Source: Balanoglossus misakiensis (lineage: Eukaryota > Animalia > Hemichordata). Taken from it: DNA of 64,000 bases. The notes beneath the pieces were generated by a model, which was not told the origin of the DNA, searched no databases, and worked only from the letters and a program-made list of their open reading frames with translations. The DNA lies in the NCBI GenBank assembly GCA_040954595.2, contig CM082591.2:7988047-8052046 (forward strand). Reading direction: 5' to 3'. Position numbers and translations under genes: made by a program. Below, in pieces: positions 1 to 10,300 of this stretch. Numbering within the stretch: position 1 is the first letter of the stretch; every line of letters starts with the position of its first letter.

Positions 1-887
1 TTCAGAAGCATTTTGAAAGTTCACAGTGGAGCAGTATCTGCCACATGGGGTGCAGGGTAGGGGGTGAGGGGGGGATGTCATCAAAGCAAATTCACTGACT
101 TCCCCTCTCCAGGCTAGAGAAAATGACCAGTCCCTTACAGGGACTAAATCATCCACTATGTTGCTAGTTTCATGACATCTTCTGTAATGGGTGATGTAAC
201 CTAATTTTTCAGTAAAATTAATCTGTATTGCAATTTATTTATTTATGATGTAATTGTCATGGTCAAGACTGGCTGTAAATTTATGATTTTCACATGGAAA
301 TAAAAAGACATGACAAACCTGAAATTGTTTTCTATGTTTTAATTTGGTTTGTATGTAATTTGATTGTCCTTGTCATCATATCTGTGCTGCAGTTGTGAGA
401 TCGATGGATTGTTCTAAGCTGGATAATTCGATTCTCAAAACAATGAGTACAGATCGTCAATGGACGCCATTTTGAAAATCACATGACTTCTCAATATTAA
501 AAAGCCGAAAGGTTTGTGGTAAATTCCAAACCGATAATCGAAAAAGGCGCTCGTCAACGGATTTTTACGTTTACTATTTACATGAAAATGGCAACAAGAA
601 CGAAAAAAATCGTAAGCATTTTGCAGGTCACTGTGGATAAAATTCCAGTGTCTGTTCAAACAAAAGAATGTAAAGTAATGACCGCTCCTATACAACCAAG
701 CTACACATAAATACGTGTCGATATATCAAAATTCGCGTGAATAAATATGAAAAATCACTAAAACGCGACGTCAAATGATTTTCAGTTGTATTTTAAATCA
801 CGCGTTACAAAAAATTCCCAGTAAATGCCATCTACTAGGCAAGCCAGAACGAACAAAAAATCGCTAGAAAATCGAGATTGACTAAAA

Positions 888-1135
888 GGGACTGTTCAGA
901 ATTTAGTTCCAGGGTGGGACCAGAGGATTTTCCTGGTGACTTTTTTACATGCCCCCCCCCCCTAGTAAATTGTGGAGGAAATCTGTGGTCCCTCTTAAAT
1001 TTCCTAGGATTTCTCCATGGCCCCTCTAAAGGATTGTGATTTGTATGTCTGGTCCCCCCTAATTTTTCTTGGAGAAAATGGGTGCCCCCCCCCCGAAAAT
1101 CCTCCGCCCCCTGGAAGTAAATTCTGAACAGTCCC
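888..1135. mobile_element. MITE, PIF/Harbinger-like (copies at ~34941-35194 and ~58098-58348)
   Basis: TIRs gggactgttcagaattta.ttccaggg / ccctggaagtaaattctgaacagtccc, followed by TTA; C-run-rich interior. Confidence 0.7.
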
Positions 1136-1509
1136 TTAAAGTTATTTATCAAAATACACCCAAGTTGAATATCCAATTCAATATAGCTGCTTTTGTCGCC
1201 ATAACAACAGAAGTCATTTACCAGTAAAATTATTAATCATTGTCTTCAAACGCTTATATGAGAATAAAATGAACATGTTGCAGGTCTGTTCTCAGTCAGT
1301 AGAGCCAATTCTCAGGATTGTAAACAACAAAAAGTAGAAACAAATGTTAGTTTTGTATTTCATACACTTATATTTCCACGAGGGTATGTCTACATGTCAA
1401 CCTGAATTGTCAGCTTAATTGATGAAGAATTGTGTTAATTTGACCTGTGAAGGTACTGTTTATGAATAAATATTAAAATAATTCCAAATGCTGTTTTGAC
1501 TTTATTACT

Positions 1510-2005
1510 AGCACATGGATGTGTTTAAATGAAGCATTTTTGAAAGCCTTTGAATTTTATAACGTGGAAAATCCTGAAGAAAAAAAAAAGATATCTGGAT
1601 GGAAACTTGATCTAACCAATGAAGAAATCCTAGAATCTCAGTTGCTCATGCCTTGTGCATGAATGTAAGCATGATTAGCACATGGATGTGTTTGAATGAG
1701 GCATTTTTGAAAGCCTTTGAATTTTATAACGTGGAAAATCCTGAAGAAGAAAAAATATCTGGATGGAAACTTGATCTAACCAATGAAGAAATCCTAGAAT
1801 ATCAGTTGCTCATGCTTTGTGCATGAATGTAAAGCATGATTAGCACATGGATGTGTTTGAATGAAGCATTTTTGAAAGCCTTTGAATTTTATAACATGGA
1901 AAATCCTGAAGAAAAACAAAATATCTGGATGGAAACTTGATCTAACCAATGAAGAAATCCTAGAATCTCAGTTGCTCATGCTTTGTGCATGAATGTAAAG
2001 CATGA
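1510..2005. repeat. Three tandem copies of the 165-bp satellite monomer
   Basis: tagcacatggatgtgttt...gtaaagcatgat repeated three times. Confidence 0.95.
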
Positions 2006-2040
2006 TCAAACACACAGGTATTGATTTTATCACATTCTCA

Positions 2041-2046
2041 TTTATT
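2041..2046 (-). promoter_or_regulatory. Candidate polyadenylation signal (AATAAA) of gene A
   Basis: tttatt on the + strand, ~1.5 kb downstream of the stop codon and conserved in unit B (~35769). Other AATAAA candidates exist. Confidence 0.3.
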
Positions 2047-3547
2047 TCAGTATATTTACTTTGGCGCTACATGTAGATATATGATGCTAAGAAAACTGAT
2101 TTGCATAGTAGTTGTGACACACAAACACATCACCCAACACGTTCACTAATATAGTACAAATTCTAGATTACAACTGATGGGGTAACAGACTTGCAAAACT
2201 TTTAAAAATACGTTCTACAATCATGGGATAGTTTTTCCATAAGTTCTTGCATCAAGTTAAATAGTAACACGACTCTCGACTATTGATAAAGTCAATGCCA
2301 TATACAGATGTATACTTTCTCAATTATGCATTCAAGTACATCTTAAATTTAAACAAATTCAAAGTATAATACAGCAAATACAAACATACTGTAGTTATTT
2401 ACAATACAAATTTAAAAAACTACCGGCCTCTAAGTTTACTCCCCATAAAAATGTCACTATATTTGTCTACTCAAAAAACATAACTGTACTTCACAAGAAA
2501 ACAAAACAAAACAATATACAGAATCATAAAATTTGCGCAAAAGTCATCGCTAGCCAAGCTTAGGGGGAATTTTCTCAAAACATACACTAAGTACAGCTCT
2601 GGGCAACAGTTGGCCCAGTCGGCCAGATAGCAAAAATGATTATAGCGCCCCCTGCCGGCAGTATTTAAGTGTGCCTTTGAACCAAGAATACTTTATCTTT
2701 TCGTAAAGTAGTTGACTTTCAGCCAGTACAGCAAATTTTTACTTTTTGAAATCCGGTGAAACAAAATAAAAATAGTCGACCTTCTTTACATATCTCATAA
2801 AAACTGCAAAGTCATTCTGCAGCGTTGTAGTCTCATGTCAGAGTCTCGATCGAGCTAGCTGCAAGTGCGCCCTCTACACCGTTAAAAACAAAATGTAAAA
2901 GATTGTCGTTCACATCCCTTGTTCATATATTTTTGAAATAACAACAATTTCGGACTAACGAATGGTAATCTATATAAATTACAACGCAATACATATCAGG
3001 CGATTTACAGGCAAGTTTTTAGAATTATTTTGCACACATAAATTGATGAATCGCCTTCATCCTTTTGGACGCAATGGAGATCTGATGGGAAGTGGACTGC
3101 ACATCATAACTTTCAGACCGCTCCATGTCAAAATTCATGAAAAAAACGAGTAAAAATATTCCAAAACGACTCAGATTTGGATTATTTATACTCGTTATAT
3201 GAAGCGACTGTAGACTGAAATATTATTTTTCCAAAATGAGCTTTGTAAATGTGGAAAAAAGAACTCAATTTTTGATTGTTTACATTCCAAGTTGACGGAA
3301 TGCATTCAGTTTCAAACAGTCTTGTCTCAAAATCGCTCAAAATAAACTGCAAAAATTACTCAAAACACCCTCAGTTTATTTTGTCAACACTCTATTTTGT
3401 GAAAGTGACATTGGTTCAGTTTGAACTGTGTTGCCATGGCATGCGATCAATCGTAAATCAATCGTAAATTTATCAACACAGCCTCTAAATTTTCTCCCAA
3501 ATTTCACTGTTTTTGATGTCGTGTTGACATGTATTTCATGGTGATGT

Positions 3548-4365
3548 TTATGTCTGCTTGTGGAATACTTTGATTTGGTCGCTGCCAGCCTCTGTAACAG
3601 CAATTCTGTCACCGCTGACTGCAAGGTACCAGGGGCTTCTCACCTCACCTTCAAATAAGTGACAGATCCACTCTCCATCAAATCTCCATTTCACAATCCT
3701 ATCATTCAAATAATCACACACAAACAAATTATCGTCGTCATAGACGTCAATGCTGCGTGTAAGCCTCAGCTGACCAGGACCTTCACCTCTCACACCAAAT
3801 TTATACAAGAATTTCAATTCAGCATCAAAACACTTGATGCAGTTATTGTGACAGTCAGACACCATGATGACATTCTTACTGTTGACCACCACAGAGTATG
3901 GGTAACGCAATTGTGTTTGGCCACCACCATAACCACCAACCTCTGCAACATACTGACCATCTTGGGTGTACTTGAGTAGCCGATGACCTGCGACCTCAGT
4001 GACCAAAACAAATCTATTCAGTAGAGCGATGCCCCAGACATCGACGCCTGCAGGTAGAGTAATTATTCTAAGAATTTTATTGTTTTGATCACAAACAACA
4101 ATTTGAGAATTTCCAGCATCACTTATGAAGTAGATGTTGTCATGGGAGACAGCTACATCCTGTGGCCAGAATGGCTTTGCAAACTGACCATCAAAACTTC
4201 CCAAGACTTTGTCACAGGTGTAATCTTGATTCAGTATCTGTACAACCCTGTTACCTCGGTCACACACCACCAGTTTGTCACCATGGAACACCATACCACC
4301 CGGGTCTTTAAACTTTCGCCCGGGCTTTAGACTTTGGCCATCCAGTGTCCTCACTGACCAGTGAC
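3548..4365 (-). CDS. Terminal exon A: six-bladed NHL beta-propeller
   Basis: Repeated NHL motifs (FxxPxG/D..V..D.GN.RV, GxGxGQLxxPxSV, VSDCHNNCI, FGVRGEGPGQL, VCDYLNDRI); acceptor ..cctaacag|GTCAC. Confidence 0.93.
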
Positions 4366-7300
4366 CTGTTAGGTGAAACAGAGGTCAAAGGTCAAACATA
4401 CTGTACTCTACTGAAATGCATTAGGAATATGATGCTAGAGTTAGTGTTTTATTGTTTATTTTAACAAGAGAAAACATATAAAAAAGAAACGAATCATTGC
4501 AATGACAACTGAACTACTAAGGGGTAGTTTTTCTACACAATGTTTACAGTGACAAATAACCATGGCAACCAGAGTAACCATGAGTTTCTTGAACTATTTC
4601 TTTTTCTCTGCAATATAGCTAGGAGGAAATTTACTTTGTCTCTTTTATATTCTTCTATATTATAATATACATACAAGACTATCTTATTTAACCATTCAAT
4701 TCTTTACTATCAATCACGTGATCTGGCAATGTGTCCCATGGCGCAGTCATTTCCAAATGACGGGCAAGCAATATTTCGGCATCCAGTAAAAGTTTTTCCG
4801 AGTATGTTTTTACTTTAGAACCGCCAAACACATAACATGTATCGGGTATGTTGCCTCATCAGCCTCATTGCATTTCGTATGCACAGTCTTTGTCTGCACC
4901 ACGTAAGTCCACGTTGCTGAAGTTGCCCGTCATCTGGAAATTTGAATGTGAACGTAACTGCCACCTGAACGCGTCTGACGTCATTTGATAGCAAAGAATA
5001 GATATACTATCGTTGATGTTGCCATGGTAACACATTCAAAGAAATCAGTTCAAAAATAATCTTTTACTTGTAACTTTTGACTCAGTAGACATTTCATAAA
5101 AATTCTTGAACTGAGTTTCAGGGATAATTCTTTGGTCCATTATTTTCAGGAAAAAATGTATGATGGTAGCACTATTCACTGGTAACCATGACAACTGAAC
5201 CTCAATGTATTTTGTAAAACATTGGCAATGTGCTAAAGTTAGTGTTTTAATTTAACTTTAAACCTTTTTTTTTACAAATTTTGCGAGTTATTGCCATGAT
5301 ATATTTCTGCCAAAGTACTCTATATGTACACATTTTCCAATACCAAGTAACCATGGAAACTGGACAAAATGTTAATATAAGTTAATAATTCTATTTTTGA
5401 AAACAAGTAGCAGAAATATTACCTGAAATTATCACTTTATTTATGGTCTTTGTAACCCATAAAAAAATGTTCCTATTCAACTGGTCAATGGATTTAGTGA
5501 CAGTATTGTTGTCATGGTAACACATCTTAACAGATCAGTACAGGAATAATCTTTGCCTTGTAATTTTGGAATTAGTAGGTCTTACATAAAAATTCTTGAA
5601 CAATGTCTCAAGGATCATTGCCTACCTTATACTTGTAGCTTTTCAAACCAGGGCAACAAGACAAACATCAATTTCTGAAACTATTTCTATTGCTTTGCAA
5701 TATAAAGAAAAAAGCTATCTGTCATTTTATTGACAGACTATTGAAATACAAAGTATTTCTAACTTTATATACTATCTGTAATGTTGTTGTGCCAAAGATT
5801 TTGTTTCTTTTTCCAGCCAACCAGAGATGGTCTGCTTTTCAATCAGTAATTGTCATATTGGTGAACAGAGAAGAATTTTCTACTCCTTAGCCGAGAGGGC
5901 TGGTACTTTCTTTGACCAGGTGAGTATTTTTGTGAATAAACCCTTGAGAAAATTATTGGTGTAAACCTTTCTAACTTTAAAGAATTTATTGGAAAGTAAA
6001 ATGTATTGTTGGAAATTTAGTGATATATTTGTTTGCAAGAATATACCCTAACCACTTATATAGTGACATCATTGCAGATGATCTGAGAGATGGAAAACCT
6101 GCAGTTACTTAGGATGAGTTATGATAAATCGTCTGTCTCAACACCATTGGCTGTTCCAGATTGTCACTTGGATAAAAAATTGGTAAGTTCCTAATTTGAA
6201 TTACCTTTTTTGATTATTTATAATCATAACAAAATTAAAGTTTCTTGATATTGTGGAATATCTACATATGACAATTCCAAAGTCAAATGAAGAAATTGAA
6301 TGATTGTAGCTAGTGGTTGAAATTGTAGAAATTGAGCATTTTCACCCTGGACCAGAGTTCTTTTATTTCTGGCCACTGTAACAAAGAGTGAACCTTTCAC
6401 CCCTTTCTGTTGCATATGGATTCAACCATACCAATCAAAACAGAGGGTTGAACCACTGTTCTATTTTATATTGCTTTATGCTGTCTGTGTCTGCCAATAA
6501 TCAGCCTACTTGTACCGGTACATTGGACATTTGCACACAAATTGGCTCATAGCTTTTCTTTTTTCTATTCTGGCACACCTTGATGCTCCATCAAATGCTC
6601 TTGCAGAATTGATCATAACAATCTCATCCACATGATATTGATATTGAGTCAATATCTGCACGCATTTTGATGTTTCTAATTTACAGACAAAAGTATTCAT
6701 CAATGACCAGACAGCCAATCTATTCCTGCAAAGAATACAAAGTTGAATTCAAAGATGACAAGGTTGGTATCTTCTGACGTTACTTTGTTTATGTTTGATC
6801 AAGTGAAAAGTTTCTTATAATGATTTTGAACTCTCTGAATTGTTGGTGACCAGACCTCTATTCTCATCTTGCCTCATAAAAATTTGCGTTGTGATGTCAA
6901 GGTTTCTGGTAAGTGCCATAAATGTTATGTCATCAAGTTTTCTTATATTATACATTTACACACAATGCAGTTTGGTAGTACCGGTAGAAGTCTGGCAACC
7001 GATGATTCAACATTTACTTGAAGTTTTGAATCAACTGATCCCTTATTATCAACACATGTATTCAACTTATTTTCCAACACTGAGAATGCACATACCTGTT
7101 TTAGAAGGTTTTGCTGAAACACTGGCTCCCTTTGTATCCTCAGATATCTCTTTACTTCCTGTAGTGGAGAGATGACTTAGACATTAATTTTACTTGAAGT
7201 TTTGAATCAACTGATCCCTTGGTATCAACACATGTATTCAACTGTTATTTTCCAACACTGAGATGAAATGCACATACCTGTTTTAGAATATTCTGTTGAA

Positions 7301-10300
7301 ACACTGGCTCCCTTTGTATCCTCAGATATCTCTTTACTTCCTGTAGTCCCTGAATCACCAGTAGTTTCTTTACTTCCACCAAAAACTCTACTTATCCTGC
7401 TGATGACACCTTTGGATTTCTTTTCTTCTGCAAAAGAAAGTGATCAAACAATGAAAATATAGTGCTGACAATTAATCTGATTATGTTTGGCTGATATTTA
7501 AAGGGACAAAGTCTCTCTCTCGCTGCCCTTTTTTCCATTAATTATTTTTGATACAAGACACCGTTTGTTATTCTACAAGTGGATATATAGTGAATGAACG
7601 TTCAACCACACGCAACTTCCATCCCTCTTATAGACAGGAGAGTGAAAAAACTCGCCAAAATGAATAATCGTTCTTTACCATTTATTCATTTTGGGCGAGT
7701 TTTTACTCTCATATCATACAAGTGGGATGGAAGTTTTGTGTGGTTGATCTATATATCCACATTTACATTAACATAAATGGTGTCTTGTATCAAACATAAT
7801 TAATGGAAAAGGGGCAGCTGGAGAGAGACTTTGTCCCTTTAATGAAATGTTTTCTTATTTCTGATGGGATATCGCATTTTCCTCTGTCAAGAATATACCG
7901 GGTACTGCTTTCCAACATCAGATTGAATCATTTGGCCAACATTGAATGTTTACTCATCTCATTGGATATCTGTGACTGATTTTTCTCTATCAAGAATACT
8001 ACTAGTATACTATACCATGCTTTCCAACATCAGATTGATGTAAATGTAGTTCCAATTTTCTAAGTTTGTTATTGACAGGTTTTACTGGTGTACCTTTTTC
8101 CTTTGTCTTAAATTGTTTTGCTTTGGTTTTCTCAGTCTCAGTTCCATCTCTTTCCGTCATCTTGGCCACAGCCTCAGTGTCTTCTTTTCCCATTGTCTCT
8201 GGTTGTGGATGTCTGGCTTTCTCTGCTCCTGTTTCTTCTGATGCCATCTCAGGTTGCATTGATGCTGGTTTCACAGGCTCATCTTCATCTTTTGTAGCCA
8301 TGGTTACAGGTGATATGTCTCCTGTGTCATCTTTCTTGAGAGGCACATCAGATGGTGTGAGTTTGCCTACAAATATTTGAAATTAAATGGTAGGTACTTG
8401 GTTCATTCTTACAACAATGAAAACTTGCATTTTTTTATAATCTATATGAGCTGGAAGATTTTATTTGACCAAGGGTTTCTTGATGCAGGAGTAATCAAAG
8501 CAGATTTATATCAATCTCACCTTGTTCAGTTTCCAATTTTGCATCTTCTTCCAGTTGAAGAGTTTTAGCAGTTTTCAGTTGCAGCTCAGTGTCAGATTGC
8601 TCATCCTGTATTTTGGATAATTTTGACGTTAGCTCAGTTATGGTTTGTTCTTGTTGTTCAAGTTTAGATTGTAATACTTGGATGTTTCTAGGGTCTGATT
8701 CTTTCAATCTTTGCTTCAGGGAAATGACATCCATAAGTTGTGTGGCAGCTACTTTCTCAACACTTGCAAGTTTCTGTTTGTACTGCTCTTCTAAGAGGGA
8801 CTTTTCCTGAAGTGCCTCTTTCAACTGATTCTCTAGAATCATCTTCTCTGTCTGCAGTTTAATGTTTTCTCCAACTAGCTTTCTCTTATTCTCAACTGAC
8901 TCAGTCTGCAGTTTAGTGATTTCTCCAACTAGCTTTCTCTTATTCTCAACTGACTCAGTCTGAATTTTGGACTTCTCTGTCAGGGCCCCATCCAACAGTT
9001 GTTTTAGTTCTTTGAGCTGCTTTGCACTAGCTTCAAAGGGCAGTAAGCTTTTTGCTTGTAAGCTGATAGACTCTGCTGGTATGGGATGAATTGGTCTGCC
9101 ATGTTGTATGATTTCTTCTTCCAACTCTGAAATGGAGAATGTAGATAAATATATATGTTATTGATAACAAGTAACCTTCGACAATGTATAAAGTTCCATA
9201 ATTATCACACATAGAGAATGATATTATTGCATAACTATTGTAAAGTTTCATTCATGTTGCACACCAGTGCATAGCTGTGTATGTTCCCTTTACTTTTTAT
9301 TACATAGTGCAGCAAACATACTTCCCTTTGTAAAGGAAATGTGGTGTTTGCATCATATTTGCGAATTACCTGATTCACTGAAATCCATCCTTTCTGTGTC
9401 AGTCATAAAATACCTTCTAACACCCAGTAACTCTAAGACTTGAGGTCTGTGAGATAGGATATGCTGAACTTTCTTGGTCATGTTCACTGTAAGTTGTATG
9501 ATGTCACACTGCCTTCCTTTCTGTCTTTTACACTGCTCACTGTTGAGTATCAGAGGTGCATATTTGTCAGCTGACTTCTGGATTTCTCGTGTCGAATCAA
9601 TCTCAAGGAACAACAACTTGGATAATATCCCACCTGCAAAATACACACAAAATCAGGTTTTTAGTCTTGGCACATGAAGCATCAAATTAAGCTGGTTATG
9701 AAGAAAGAATAAGTGGTTCACGGTGTTGAATGTAAAATATAACCCATAACCAGATATCATGGCCACAACAAAATCCTTCCTACATCATCCCTCAGATAAA
9801 AAAAAAGTCAGGACATTATAGTGTAAGTGTACACTGATAAGTCAAATATGTGTGTAATTGTCAAGAGAAAAATTTGAATAACTGTTAACAAACCATTCAT
9901 GTCAGTAATTATTTACGATTGCATTTGAAATATCATGCCCAATCTCTGAGCATTTGACAGACTGAAATGTTGAAGACAAAAATCCAATGTTGAAGACAAA
10001 AATCCATTCTAATCTGTGAATATTTATGAAGCCTTATGTGCAGTGTGTGCACATATCCCCCACTGTGTATATAAGTGTTTGTTTGAAAATTGTGGTCAGT
10101 GTGTTCTAAGCAAAATATATGCCCAAGTTATCTGATCACAGCTGGACCAGAAAGTCAAAAGATGAACAAATGTGGACTAGAGTACGTACCAAATGTTTCC
10201 AGTACTTGACTATTATTTATATTAAATTACTCACTTTGTTTCAGGTCAGTCTGTTCAATATCAACATATTTTTCTGTAACCTCCCGTTGCAAAGTTAGGT

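Noticed and set aside
435-1176. Short ORFs recurring in each unit (435-695, 516-710, 835-1176, 2962-3153 and copies)
   Set aside because: Recurrence is explained by the segmental duplication. Frames shift between copies and overlap MITEs.
2640-3450. Possible DNA-transposon remnant in the 3'UTR region (part recurs at ~21650-21865)
   Set aside because: Clearly repetitive, but I could not define TIRs or a TSD, so it is not annotated as a discrete element.
6506-6718. 70-aa minus-strand ORF with an acceptor-like site as an extra exon of gene A
   Set aside because: Its frame would need a phase-2 entry, which does not fit the phase-1 chain, and it has no counterpart in gene B.
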